A stretch of 45,470 nucleotides of DNA from Parcubacteria bacterium C7867-002 (lineage in GTDB: Bacteria; Patescibacteriota; Minisyncoccia; Phycocordibacterales; PALSA-1337): the NCBI GenBank assembly GCA_001189105.1, contig LFCL01000020.1, positions 1-45,470 of the forward strand, written 5' to 3'. The first letter of the stretch is position 1. Each line of letters starts with the position of its first letter. The notes beneath the pieces are model-generated. The model ran no database searches. It was not told the origin of the DNA and saw only the letters and a list, made by a program, of their open reading frames with translations. Below are positions 1 to 9,798 of this stretch, in pieces. A program made the position numbers and the translations under genes.

Positions 1-129
1 GAACCTGGCACACGGGAAGCCGTTCTCGATTCTCTCCGAAAGTTCGGAGCATGGATTGAGAGTGGAATACCGGGACGCGATCGGGCACTTGCGGAAATTG
101 GCAAGATACGGATGCAATGCAGAGCCTAA
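1..129 (+). CDS. 3' end of an upstream hypothetical gene (partial, runs off window)
   Basis: Frame 1 is open from base 1 to TAA at 127-129 (EPGTREAVLDSLRKFGAWIESGIPGRDRALAEIGKIRMQCRA*). A 7-bp hairpin ggaggaa/ttcctcc follows at 167-191. No family recognised. Confidence 0.3.
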   Translation, partial: EPGTREAVLDSLRKFGAWIESGIPGRDRALAEIGKIRMQCRA

Positions 130-324
130 GGTGAAAGAGTGGCTACCACAAATGTCGCTCAAAAATGGAGGAAACATCAATCACTTCCTCCACTTTATTG
201 GGTTCATCTCAAGTTTTTTGAGAGGTGAACGCCATAGAGTTCAGTTCTTTACAACAAATATTGGCATTTAACCAAACATCTACCGTCAAGTCGCAGATGG
301 CCAACAGCAGTGTTAAGGAGTCCT

Positions 325-1311
325 ATGAAAAAATCCGGATACTGGATAACTCTTCGGCAGAAGCTGGCGTTTCCGTATACGAATACAGAACGTCGTGATG
401 TTCATGACGAGGGGTTGGCGGAGTACGCATATCGATTTTGGAAAGCTAACGGCAGTCTACCTGACAATTACCTACCTATTCCCGAGAAGGAGGAAGGACG
501 TCCGTCTGGTGTCCTTCGCCGGATGTGGGACATCGTCGAGCAGGACCCTTCGTTCAAGGAGGTTGTGCTCGATGTGTATCTACAACACGGATCAAAGGAA
601 GGCTGGTCTGCCATTAAACATCATCCATCGGACATGTGGCGCTCCAGGGTAGTAGCGCCTCAACTCCGGGAAATCGCTCAAAATGCAGTGAAGACTGATC
701 CCGGATATACATTGGGCAAGGACAGTCAGGAGAAAGTCACGGGCCTACTCTTCCTCTGTCTTGAATACGTCGAACTTAAATGGGCGGCAACCAAGCATGG
801 AGATGAAAGCTACTCAGCGGCTTTGTTCAAAAACGTGGACTTAGCTTCTTTAATCTTTGATCATTCCGCATGGAATGTGAAGGAGGTTGAAGAAACATTG
901 GAACGTTTCGAACGAGTTCGCACTTTACACGCCACCAGTCCGACCTCGCCGGAAGGGGAAGATAAGAAGTGCTTCAATGAGGACATCCGACCGATCTTGA
1001 TCGGCAGACTGATGAGTGAAGCAAAAACCTTCGCATCCTGGCAGAAGATCTTCACTCTTACCAAGGATGAGCGGACCAAGACGTTTGCTCTATACCACAT
1101 GTCTGACAAGGCCAAGAGTATCAATCAAGTAGTCCGGCTTCATCAGGATGCTTGCAAGTTCGGCTTTGCGTCGATTATGGAATCAGCAAAGTTGTCATGG
1201 ATGGAGCTGTGCTCCAAGATGTCTCCGGAGGAATTGTTTAAATTACCTCTGGAATTGCAGCTCGATCAACAGTTTGTTGAGGATCAGATTCTCAAGAAGT
1301 GTGAAGATTGA
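325..1311 (+). CDS. hypothetical protein (~328 aa)
   Basis: Long ORF. The ATG at 325 is preceded by aaggag (315-320); the ORF-track start at 310 is GTG. A terminator follows. No recognisable family. Confidence 0.6.
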   Translation: MKKSGYWITLRQKLAFPYTNTERRDVHDEGLAEYAYRFWKANGSLPDNYLPIPEKEEGRPSGVLRRMWDIVEQDPSFKEVVLDVYLQHGSKEGWSAIKHHPSDMWRSRVVAPQLREIAQNAVKTDPGYTLGKDSQEKVTGLLFLCLEYVELKWAATKHGDESYSAALFKNVDLASLIFDHSAWNVKEVEETLERFERVRTLHATSPTSPEGEDKKCFNEDIRPILIGRLMSEAKTFASWQKIFTLTKDERTKTFALYHMSDKAKSINQVVRLHQDACKFGFASIMESAKLSWMELCSKMSPEELFKLPLELQLDQQFVEDQILKKCED

Positions 1312-1329
1312 TTGTTCTGCGAAATTCAA

Positions 1330-1366
1330 GTGGTGTGTAATCGAAAGATTGCACACCACTTTTTCT
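1330..1366 (+). terminator. rho-independent terminator
   Basis: Stem gtggtgtg/cacaccac with inner aatc/gatt pairing, followed by tttttc. Confidence 0.6.
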
Positions 1367-1401
1367 TTACTCTGCTTGTATTTTTATAAAATTTATATAG
1401 G

Positions 1402-1701
1402 ATGAGCTACGGCAGCATAATTCAAAAACAAAGGATTTTCATGAACGAAATTGAATGGCTAGTTGAACAGCTCAAGAAGCGACTTCCTGAAGCACAAACT
1501 CATGTGGATGCGCCGGAGAGGCCAAAGGGTAATCACTGGTTGGACGTCAGGCAAGGTCAGAAACTCATCACAGTTGAATGGCGACCAGAACAAGGTTTCG
1601 GTTTCTATGCCGCAGATGCAGGTTACGGTGAAGGTCCTGCAGAGATCGTATCAAGCAAGGAGGAAGCATTGGAGAAAATAATGATCTCTCTCCAACCCTG
1701 A
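1402..1701 (+). CDS. small hypothetical protein (99 aa; alternative start ATG 1441)
   Basis: ORF followed by a strong terminator. No family recognised. Confidence 0.5.
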   Translation: MSYGSIIQKQRIFMNEIEWLVEQLKKRLPEAQTHVDAPERPKGNHWLDVRQGQKLITVEWRPEQGFGFYAADAGYGEGPAEIVSSKEEALEKIMISLQP

Positions 1702-1723
1702 GAAAGATTCCAAATCCAACCAC

Positions 1724-1752
1724 CGCGATCTGAAATACGATCGCGTTTTTTT
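1724..1752 (+). terminator. rho-independent terminator
   Basis: Stem cgcgatc/gatcgcg plus a T7 run. Confidence 0.7.
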
Positions 1753-1778
1753 AATTATCATAATGCGGCATCAAAATC

Positions 1779-1807
1779 TTGTCATCCCACGGTCCGTATG
1801 GTAAGGT
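1779..1807 (+). promoter_or_regulatory. candidate promoter of rpsL-rpsG-fusA
   Basis: TTGTCA-N17-TAAGGT, with TGG directly upstream of the -10 (extended -10). Leaves a ~115-nt leader. Confidence 0.45.
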
Positions 1808-1928
1808 ACTTCCACTGCCTTTTTTGAGGCCAGTACATTATTAGGCAAGAATGAGTAACTGTTTCGGCCATGTTCTCAAGCCAAAAACAGTGAAGAATTC
1901 AGGATTGCCACGAGGTTTACTAATATAT

Positions 1929-2348
1929 ATGCCAACAATCAATCAACTCACCAAAAGTAATCGCAAGCGTTTTACACGTAAGTCAAAGTCAGTTGCATTG
2001 ACTCGTACATTCAACCATATCAAGAACCGTCCCGTCTTTTTTCCATCACCCTTCAAGCGTGGTGTATGCGTAAAGGTAACAACCAAGACCCCAAAGAAGC
2101 CAAACTCAGCTATCCGCAAGATTGCTCGCGTACGTCTCTCTAATGGTGTCGAAGTAACTGCGTACGTTCCAGGTATGGGTCACAATCTTCAAGAGCACTC
2201 AGTAGTACTCCTCCGTGGAGGTCGTGTAAAGGACGTAGGTCTCCGTTATTCAGTGGTTCGAGGTGTCTTGGACTGCGCAGGTGTAGAAAGTCGTCGTAAA
2301 GGTCGCAGTCAATACGGAAATAAGAAGCCTAAGGCGGCTAAAGTTTAA
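1929..2348 (+). CDS. rpsL: 30S ribosomal protein S12
   Basis: MPTINQL...KRGVC...[11 protein letters not shown]...[15 protein letters not shown]. Start set at the internal ATG 1929 rather than the ORF-track 1851. Confidence 0.96.
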   Translation: MPTINQLTKSNRKRFTRKSKSVALTRTFNHIKNRPVFFPSPFKRGVCVKVTTKTPKKPNSAIRKIARVRLSNGVEVTAYVPGMGHNLQEHSVVLLRGGRVKDVGLRYSVVRGVLDCAGVESRRKGRSQYGNKKPKAAKV

Positions 2349-2357
2349 TACAATACT

Positions 2358-2828
2358 ATGCGACGTAAACTCAATATAAAACGTGATCTCAGAGCGGATA
2401 GTGTCTACGATTCCCTCAAAGTAGCAAAATTCATCAATTATGTGATGGAATCTGGCAAGAAAAACATTGCCCGTGGTGTTGTGCATGATTGTTTGAATTC
2501 AATCAAAGAAAAGGCCAAAGTCGAAAATCCTATGGAAGTCTTCGAAATGGCACTCAAAAACACAGCTCCTCAAATGGAAGTTCGTTCTCGCCGTGTCGGT
2601 GGAGCAAACTATCAAGTTCCTCGTGAAGTTCGTCCAGAACGCAAGCAAGCTCTCTCTATGAAATGGATTGTAGAAGCAGCTCGTTCTAAAAAGGGTAAGC
2701 CTATCGCAGAGAAGTTGGCTGATGAAATCATTGCAGCTTCCAAGAACGAAGGTGAAGCCGTTAAGAAGCGTGAAAATGTTCACAAGATGGCCGAATCAAA
2801 CAAGGCTTTTGCTCACTTTGCGTGGTAA
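2358..2828 (+). CDS. rpsG: 30S ribosomal protein S7
   Basis: S7 motifs (PQMEVRSRRVGGANYQVP, KKRENVHKMAE..AFAHF) and position after rpsL. Confidence 0.96.
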   Translation: MRRKLNIKRDLRADSVYDSLKVAKFINYVMESGKKNIARGVVHDCLNSIKEKAKVENPMEVFEMALKNTAPQMEVRSRRVGGANYQVPREVRPERKQALSMKWIVEAARSKKGKPIAEKLADEIIAASKNEGEAVKKRENVHKMAESNKAFAHFAW

Positions 2829-2859
2829 GTTTACTATTTACTTTTAATTTTAAGAAAAA

Positions 2860-5007
2860 ATGAATCGAGACAATCCTCTTGAACGTATGCGTAGCTTCGG
2901 CATCATTGCACACATCGATGCCGGTAAAACAACCACTTCAGAACGTATTCTGTACTACACAGGTATGATCCATAAGATCGGTGAGGTGCATGAAGGTGAG
3001 ACAACAACTGACTGGATGGAACAAGAGCGTGAACGTGGTATCACCATCACCGCTGCTGCGATCACTTGTTTCTGGAATCCGACCTACATGCCCGCGACTG
3101 ACGTTTCCAAGAAGGTTCGTTTCAATATTATCGACACTCCTGGACACATCGACTTTACGGTGGAGGTAAAACGTTCATTGCGCGTACTCGACGGGGCAGT
3201 GGTGGTATTCGACGGAGTAGCCGGCGTAGAACCTCAATCAGAAACAAACTGGCGCTATGCTGACGAAAGTAATGTGCCTCGCTTGTGTTTCATTAACAAA
3301 ATGGACCGCACAGGTGCATCTTTTGAACGTTCATATGCTTCTATCCTCGACCGTCTCAATAAAAACGCGGTCAGATTCCAGCTCCCGATCGGTCTCGAAG
3401 GTGATCACAATGGTGTTGTTGACCTTATGCGTATGAAGGCCTATTACTTTGAAGGTGAAAAAGGCATCAACATCATTGAAAAAGAAATTCCTGAAGATAT
3501 GTTGGCTGACGCAAAGAAATACCGCGCTGAAATGATCGAAAAGATCGTTGAAACCGATGAGGTCGCTATGAATCGCTTCCTCGAAGAGGGCACCTTTACT
3601 ATGGATGAACTCAAGACTCTTACCCGTAAGGCGGTGATCGCAAACAAGATTTTCCCTGTGTTCACTGGATCTGCACTCAAGAACGTTGGAGTTCAGTTGG
3701 TACTCGATGCGGTTGTCGATTATCTCCCATCTCCATTGGATATTCCTCCGGTTAAGGGTATTAATCCAAATACCGGTGAAGAAGTTATTCGCACCGCTTC
3801 CGATGCCGAACCATTTTCTGCATTGGCTTTCAAACTCCAAAACGATCCATTCGTTGGGGCGCTCACATTCTTCCGTGTGTATTCAGGAACGATCGAATCA
3901 GGCACATACATATACAACGCTACAACTGGCAAGAAAGAACGTCTTGGTCGTATCGTCCGCCTCCAAGCTGACAAGCGTGAAGAAGTGAAGAAGGTGTTTG
4001 CAGGTGAAATCGCCGCAGCTGTGGGTCTCAAAGATGCGCTGACATCACACACCTTTGCTGACGAAACCAATCCGATCATTCTCGAAACAATTAAGTTCAT
4101 GGAACCGGTGGTTTCTCTCCGTATTGAACCAAAGACAAAGGCTGACCAGGAGAAAATGGGTATGGCCCTCAAAAAACTCGGTAATGAGGATCCGACATTC
4201 CGTATTTCTTCAAACCCTGAAACAGGCGAGACGATCATCTCTGGTATGGGTGAACTCCACCTCGAAATCATGATCGATCGTATGAAGCGTGAATTTGGCG
4301 TCGAAGCAAACGTCGGTGCGCCTCAAGTGGCCTATCGCGAAACCATTCTCGGTACTGCTGAAGCGGAACACAAATATATCAAGCAAACCGGAGGTAAAGG
4401 TCAGTACGGTCACGTCAAAATCACCATCAAGCCACTGGAACCATGGCCAGAAGGAGAAAAGATACCAAAGCACATCAAACGCTATGATGATTTTGAATTC
4501 ATCAACTCTATCAAAGGAGGTGTTATTCCGGGAGAATTTATCCCTGCGGTTGAAAAGGGTGTTCATGAAGCTATGGATCGCGGTATTGTCGCTGGTTTCC
4601 GTTTGGTGAATGTATCCTGTGAATTGACCTATGGTTCGTACCACGACGTTGACTCATCTGAAATTGCGTACAAGATTGCCGCTTCTCAGGCATTCCAAGA
4701 GGCAGCACGACGTGCAAAGCCGGTTATCTTGGAGCCAATCATGAAGCTTGAGGTTATAACACCTGAAAAATACATGGGTGATGTGAACGGTTCTATTGCA
4801 TCTAAGCGTGGCCAAGTCGAAGGTTCTGAACCACGTGGTCAAGCTATTGCCATTCATGCAAAGGTTCCATTGTCAGAAATGTTCGGTTACACAACGGCTC
4901 TTCGTTCTATGACTTCAGGTCAGGGAAGTGCCATGATGGAATTCGATCACTACGAAGTAGTACCTGCAAACGTGGAGAAGGAGATTGCAGAGAAGAGGAA
5001 GGCGTAA
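2860..5007 (+). CDS. fusA: elongation factor G
   Basis: AHIDAGKTTTSERIL, DTPGHIDF, NKMDR G-motifs; 715 aa; str operon order. Confidence 0.98.
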   Translation: MNRDNPLERMRSFGIIAHIDAGKTTTSERILYYTGMIHKIGEVHEGETTTDWMEQERERGITITAAAITCFWNPTYMPATDVSKKVRFNIIDTPGHIDFTVEVKRSLRVLDGAVVVFDGVAGVEPQSETNWRYADESNVPRLCFINKMDRTGASFERSYASILDRLNKNAVRFQLPIGLEGDHNGVVDLMRMKAYYFEGEKGINIIEKEIPEDMLADAKKYRAEMIEKIVETDEVAMNRFLEEGTFTMDELKTLTRKAVIANKIFPVFTGSALKNVGVQLVLDAVVDYLPSPLDIPPVKGINPNTGEEVIRTASDAEPFSALAFKLQNDPFVGALTFFRVYSGTIESGTYIYNATTGKKERLGRIVRLQADKREEVKKVFAGEIAAAVGLKDALTSHTFADETNPIILETIKFMEPVVSLRIEPKTKADQEKMGMALKKLGNEDPTFRISSNPETGETIISGMGELHLEIMIDRMKREFGVEANVGAPQVAYRETILGTAEAEHKYIKQTGGKGQYGHVKITIKPLEPWPEGEKIPKHIKRYDDFEFINSIKGGVIPGEFIPAVEKGVHEAMDRGIVAGFRLVNVSCELTYGSYHDVDSSEIAYKIAASQAFQEAARRAKPVILEPIMKLEVITPEKYMGDVNGSIASKRGQVEGSEPRGQAIAIHAKVPLSEMFGYTTALRSMTSGQGSAMMEFDHYEVVPANVEKEIAEKRKA

Positions 5008-5025
5008 TTCTGAACGTTTTCGAAC

Positions 5026-5056
5026 AAAAAAATCCCCCAATCGGGGGATTTTTTTG
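5026..5056 (+). terminator. rho-independent terminator after fusA
   Basis: aaaaaaatccccc aatc gggggattttttt. Confidence 0.85.
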
Positions 5057-5155
5057 TTATCCACCACAACGGAATTATTTCACAACATATTTTTGTATTT
5101 TGATCTATAATACTACCTATTACATTAGTTATTAATAAGAAATAAGGTTTCTTTC

Positions 5156-7855
5156 ATGAATACATCAATTAAGGTTCACAGGATGTCGCTGCTTACACTC
5201 TTTGTGTTGGCAGCTTCTCTTTTTATGCCAGGGGCAACTGTACAAGCACAGACCCCTATCGGTTCATATCCGTTGACTGTCGCCCCCACACCGACAGTTT
5301 GTTATAACTTCGCTACTAATCTTGGTATCGGTTATACTGGCGCTGATGTAGTGGCGCTTCAGACATGGTTGATCGCTCAAGGTTTCGATATTCCATCTAT
5401 ACGGGCAGGCTTCACTCCAAAAGGATATTTTGGTGTTGAGACAAGTCTTGCAGTTAAGAAATACCAAACCGCTAAAGGTATTGAGGCAACTGGTTTTGTT
5501 GGACCTTTGACACGAGCGAGTATCAATATGTCATGTGAAAGGGGAGGTCCAATAGAAATTGGTTCTCCAATGTTTGAACTTGTCTCGACGAGTATTGAAA
5601 CGAGTGGGTATGATATAGATTCTCCGTATCTCTCAGCACGATTTAAAGTCAAAGTTAGTGCGTTTGGTGATGATGTTCTGGTTTCATCAACGAGTCCGGC
5701 TAGTTTAGTATTGTATCGTGCGGGTGTTGCTATGATTCCAGGAAGATACGCTGCAGTTTCTACTGTAAATGAAACATCTTCCAACCTGACTCCCGAGGGA
5801 TATTATCTCATTGAAGAAGGAACAACAAACACCTTCTCGGTAACTTATTCGTACGTAGCTCCTAGTTCAGTTGTGGTGGCAGGTCAATATATGGTGAAGA
5901 TGGAGTCGTTTAAATGGAAAAATTCCCAAGGTCAAACATATTGGCATGAAGGAGGAGATGACTGGAAGACGAGCTATGCAGTTTTGAATGGAAGGGGAGT
6001 GAGTACGCAAACGTCTATGAACGTGCAACTCATTAGTACGAATGCTGAATCAAATAATAGTGATGTGAGTGATATGCTCACGTTTAAGTTCAAAATGAAG
6101 GTTGCTGCAGTTGATGGGTCAGTAAAAATATCCACAAGTTCTTTAGAGGCTGTGGATGTTACGCTTGATCGCACTGGTGTTGTGGTTAATACACAACCAA
6201 ATCAACCAATGTCACATTCACATGTGACTATTCAGGATAATGATGAATGGCGTCTTACACCTGACGGTTATTACCTTATAGAAGAGGGAGAGTCTCATGA
6301 TTTTACTATTACGTATGTGTACGCGGTCCAATCTTCTGCGCAATATCGTGTCACGTTGAATAAAATCATGTGGAAAGATGAGTCAGGCGTTACTCATTCA
6401 TACAAAGGAGAGGATAACTGGAAAACACTGTATGTTTTTGGAAAAGGTCAAGTTATCACAGCACCTTCCATCACCTCCACATCTGCCAAGGCTGCAGGAA
6501 ATCTTGAAATGAATGCCGGGGGAGATTTGGCAATATCAGGCACCAATTTACTTGGAGGTGATTCTTCAAGCTTGAGGGTTTACATTGGAGGTCAATCTGT
6601 ACCTATCACTCAAAAGGATAATACGCTCCTCTATGTCAATGTGCCTTCAAATCTGACTCTAGGATCCTATTATGATGTGTATGTTAAGAATGATCGGGGA
6701 ACGAGTAATACTGTAAGAGTAAAAGTTGTATTAGTTATCACTAGTGCCAACCGTCCTCCAGTCATCAAAGGTGTTACAGCGCCAACTGTTCTCAAAGTAA
6801 ATGATGTTGGTACGTGGACAGTTATGGCTTCTGACCCAGAAAATGGTTCCCTTAGTTACTCAATTGATTGGGGTGAAGCAACTTGTCCTGCAGGATATGT
6901 TTGTTCAGCTTCAAGTGGCGCTTCATTCTCTCAAACATCGAGCTTTACTCATTCATACGCAACAGCAGGAACATATACGGTTAAGGTTACAGTTACCGAT
7001 GCTGCTGGCTTGAAAGCCCAGACGAGTTCAACGGTGAGAGTGGATACGGCGTCTGATACTCTTTATTCTCTAAATATCAAAAAAGCTGGTACAGGGACTG
7101 GAATTGTAATGTGGAAAGCTCTTGAGTGCGGCATTACTTGCTCGACCAATGTAGTTGCTGGTACAGAAGTGACTTTGACAGTGATACCACAAGTGAATTC
7201 GTTCTTCAGTGGATGGTCAGGAGCTTGCACAGGTACATCTTCGGCATGCACTGTAACAATGAATGAAAACAAAACGGTTGTTGCAAATTTCTCGGCCATG
7301 ACTTCCGTCGCGTGTCCCGCTGGCTACATCTGCACTCCTTCTGGTCAGGTAACTGCTTGTCCCGCCGGTTACACATGTACACCGACAACACTTAGTTGTC
7401 CTTCAGGATACACGTGTTACACAAAAGCACTTACAACACCGACTGTCACAGCAACAACTCCGTATATCACTATCGTCAGTCCTCGCTATGAAAACCTCAA
7501 AATAGGCGTCAAACATCAGATCAAGTGGAAGGATAGTCGTGAAAAAGGAAAGGGATTGCCACCTGTATATTACATCCTAATTACAGGTAGCAATGGAAAA
7601 CAGGTTATTGCTGATAATCTTGCAGCCTCAAAATGGTGTGATGATGTTCAGTGTTATTACGACTGGACTCCAACAACAGCATCAACCAATAATCAGATAT
7701 CGATCTACGATACTGCCAATGATCCAAATGCAGCATTGATTGGAAGAAGTACAATCTTCAACATTGAAGCAGGATCGCCAGTTTCTCAAACATCAACAAA
7801 TCTGAACGCCTCTATCTGGCAAGCGGTAAAAGATTACATGACGGGGATTCGGTAG
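5156..7855 (+). CDS. secreted multidomain cell-surface protein (PG-binding, duplicated module, IPT/TIG-like, PKD, InlB-B-repeat-like, Cys-motif repeats, Ig-like C-terminus)
   Basis: N-terminal signal peptide (LLTLFVLAASLFMPGATVQA). PG_binding_1-like GADVVALQTWL...GYFG..T..AVKKYQ. PKD-like FTHSYATAGTYTVKVTVTDAAG. A ~150-aa internal tandem duplication. Confidence 0.85.
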   Translation: MNTSIKVHRMSLLTLFVLAASLFMPGATVQAQTPIGSYPLTVAPTPTVCYNFATNLGIGYTGADVVALQTWLIAQGFDIPSIRAGFTPKGYFGVETSLAVKKYQTAKGIEATGFVGPLTRASINMSCERGGPIEIGSPMFELVSTSIETSGYDIDSPYLSARFKVKVSAFGDDVLVSSTSPASLVLYRAGVAMIPGRYAAVSTVNETSSNLTPEGYYLIEEGTTNTFSVTYSYVAPSSVVVAGQYMVKMESFKWKNSQGQTYWHEGGDDWKTSYAVLNGRGVSTQTSMNVQLISTNAESNNSDVSDMLTFKFKMKVAAVDGSVKISTSSLEAVDVTLDRTGVVVNTQPNQPMSHSHVTIQDNDEWRLTPDGYYLIEEGESHDFTITYVYAVQSSAQYRVTLNKIMWKDESGVTHSYKGEDNWKTLYVFGKGQVITAPSITSTSAKAAGNLEMNAGGDLAISGTNLLGGDSSSLRVYIGGQSVPITQKDNTLLYVNVPSNLTLGSYYDVYVKNDRGTSNTVRVKVVLVITSANRPPVIKGVTAPTVLKVNDVGTWTVMASDPENGSLSYSIDWGEATCPAGYVCSASSGASFSQTSSFTHSYATAGTYTVKVTVTDAAGLKAQTSSTVRVDTASDTLYSLNIKKAGTGTGIVMWKALECGITCSTNVVAGTEVTLTVIPQVNSFFSGWSGACTGTSSACTVTMNENKTVVANFSAMTSVACPAGYICTPSGQVTACPAGYTCTPTTLSCPSGYTCYTKALTTPTVTATTPYITIVSPRYENLKIGVKHQIKWKDSREKGKGLPPVYYILITGSNGKQVIADNLAASKWCDDVQCYYDWTPTTASTNNQISIYDTANDPNAALIGRSTIFNIEAGSPVSQTSTNLNASIWQAVKDYMTGIR

Positions 7856-7989
7856 GGAATAGTCAAAAAAGAACCAAAGAAGTGTTGATGAACTCAAAAT
7901 TTTTGCTAGAATAGTCAGGTAAGTTGTTCGCGTGCCTTTGGGAGAAATCCCAAGAAGGTGCTATCGGCTAAAGCTGGTGGCGAACACAC

Positions 7990-8015
7990 AAAAGCCTCTT
8001 CGGAGGCTTTTGTTG
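7990..8015 (+). terminator. rho-independent terminator
   Basis: aaagcctc ttcg gaggcttt followed by tgttg. Confidence 0.6.
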
Positions 8016-8191
8016 TCTCTAGAAGACACTAAAGAAATGAGGAGAGCCATTATTTGTTCTGCGAATGATGATGTGGATATTATTCTTACTAATCTTCCAA
8101 AAATCTACGATAGAAACACCATTTTGAATTCTGTGCTGGGATGCAACGTGATCTGTTCGAGATAATATGTGTATCACTTGTGGAAGTAGCT

Positions 8192-8377
8192 TCAGACGTC
8201 TGATCTGATCTTCAAATTTCTAAGCTTCCTTCTTTTTCGTAGAAGGTGATTTAGTCCATGCCTATTGAAATATATGTATTCATTGGGAAAAGCGGGGCAG
8301 ATGACTTTTCCAATCTGACGGTACAATTCTTTATATTTATTGAGAATATCCTCCTGATTTTCTTTAGGCATCGTCAA
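8192..8377 (-). CDS. small hypothetical protein (61 aa), possibly a gene remnant
   Basis: The only plausible ORF in the fusA-tuf spacer apart from the 899-aa gene. No family recognised. Confidence 0.3.
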   Translation of the reverse strand: MTMPKENQEDILNKYKELYRQIGKVICPAFPNEYIYFNRHGLNHLLRKRRKLRNLKIRSDV

Positions 8378-8444
8378 AGAATATCAATTGGAGATGAATT
8401 TCTTGTGAAGTTAGTCTCAAGAAACGATAAAGGTCCTCTAAAAG

Positions 8445-8473
8445 TTGACGACGAAGTTGAGCCATGCTAAGAT
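8445..8473 (+). promoter_or_regulatory. candidate promoter of tuf-rpsJ-rplCDWB
   Basis: TTGACG-N17-TAAGAT, with TGC directly upstream of the -10. Confidence 0.55.
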
Positions 8474-8521
8474 CGTTCTTACGCGCCTAGGTTGGCGTTT
8501 TAAAAACTATTAATAATTTAT

Positions 8522-8594
8522 CCCCGATTGCTTGAACCTTGTCGTTTGAGCGTCACACGTACTCACTCGGACGATACGGTTCAAGTGATCGGGG
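8522..8594 (+). promoter_or_regulatory. long 5'-leader hairpin upstream of tuf
   Basis: A 24-position stem (8522-8545 with 8571-8594) containing 3 G-U pairs and 1 mismatch, and a 25-nt loop. It ends 15 nt before the tuf ATG. Confidence 0.5.
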
Positions 8595-8609
8595 CACTAA
8601 AATAATACT

Positions 8610-9788
8610 ATGGCAGATTTCAATCGTTCAAAGCCTCACGTAAACGTGGGCACAATCGGTCACGTTGACCACGGCAAGACTACTTTGACAGCTTCTATCT
8701 TGGAAGTTCAATCAAAGAAAGGCCTCGCAAATGCAAAGGCATATTCAGATATCGCAAAGGGCGGTACTGTTCGTGATGCATCCAAGATCGTTACTATCTC
8801 TCTTGCTCACGTTGAGTACGAATCAGAAAAGCGTCACTATGCTCACATCGACGCTCCAGGTCACGCTGACTACATCAAGAACATGATTACCGGAGCCGCC
8901 CAAATGGACGGAGCTATCCTCGTAGTTTCAGCACTTGACGGTGTTATGCCACAAACTCGTGAGCACATTTTGCTCGCCTATCAGGTTGGTGTTCCAAAGA
9001 TCGTTGTATTTCTTAACAAATGCGACATGGTTGCCGAAGCAGACCTTCTTGACCTTGTTGAGGAAGAAGTACGTGAACTCCTCACTAAGAACCATTACGA
9101 TGGCAAGAACACTCCAGTTATCCGTGGATCAGGTCTCAAGGCTCTCGAAGGTGATCCAACATGGACAGCAAAGATCGACGAACTCATGAACGCTCTTGAT
9201 ACCTTTATCCCTGAGCCAGTTCGCGAAACAGACAAGCCTTTCCTCATGCCTATCGAAGACATTTTCTCTATCGAAGGTCGTGGAACAGTAGTTACTGGTC
9301 GTATCGAGCGCGGTATGATCAAGGTTGGTGAAGAAGTCGAAATCGTCGGTTTCAAAGACACAACAAAGACTGTTATCACTGGTATCGAAATGTTCAACAA
9401 GCAGCTCAAAGAGGGTATTGCTGGAGACAACGCAGGACTTCTCCTCCGTGGTACAGCCAAGGATGGCGTATCTCGCGGTCAGGTTCTTGCAAAGCCAGGT
9501 TCAGTAAAGCCTCACACAGAGTTCGAGGCAGAAGTATACATCCTCAAGAAGGAAGAAGGTGGTCGCCACACTCCATTCTTTAGTGGATACAAGCCTCAGT
9601 TCTATATTCGTACAACAGACGTTACTGGTGAAGTAACACTCTCTCAAGAGATGGTTATGCCAGGAGATACACTCACATTCAAAGTTAAGCTCGTTGCCCC
9701 AGTCGCTCTCGAAGCGCAACAGCGTTTCGCAGTTCGCGAAGGAGGTAAGACAGTTGGTGCTGGAGTTGTAACAAAGGTTGTTGCCTAA
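8610..9788 (+). CDS. tuf: elongation factor Tu
   Basis: [24 protein letters not shown]; 392 aa. Confidence 0.98.
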   Translation: MADFNRSKPHVNVGTIGHVDHGKTTLTASILEVQSKKGLANAKAYSDIAKGGTVRDASKIVTISLAHVEYESEKRHYAHIDAPGHADYIKNMITGAAQMDGAILVVSALDGVMPQTREHILLAYQVGVPKIVVFLNKCDMVAEADLLDLVEEEVRELLTKNHYDGKNTPVIRGSGLKALEGDPTWTAKIDELMNALDTFIPEPVRETDKPFLMPIEDIFSIEGRGTVVTGRIERGMIKVGEEVEIVGFKDTTKTVITGIEMFNKQLKEGIAGDNAGLLLRGTAKDGVSRGQVLAKPGSVKPHTEFEAEVYILKKEEGGRHTPFFSGYKPQFYIRTTDVTGEVTLSQEMVMPGDTLTFKVKLVAPVALEAQQRFAVREGGKTVGAGVVTKVVA

Positions 9789-9798
9789 ATCAGATTTC

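Noticed and set aside
56-271. 71-aa plus-strand ORF at the window start.
   Set aside because: It overlaps the more plausible frame-1 C-terminal fragment (1-129) and spans that fragment's downstream hairpin. No motifs. Left uncalled.
1851-1928. N-terminal extension of rpsL in the ORF track (start at 1851).
   Set aside because: S12 universally begins MPTINQL. ATG 1929 gives exactly that, and the extension has no homology.
7932-8165. 77-aa plus-strand ORF after the 899-aa gene.
   Set aside because: It has a GTG start and spans the terminator hairpin at 7990-8015. It has no supporting signals.
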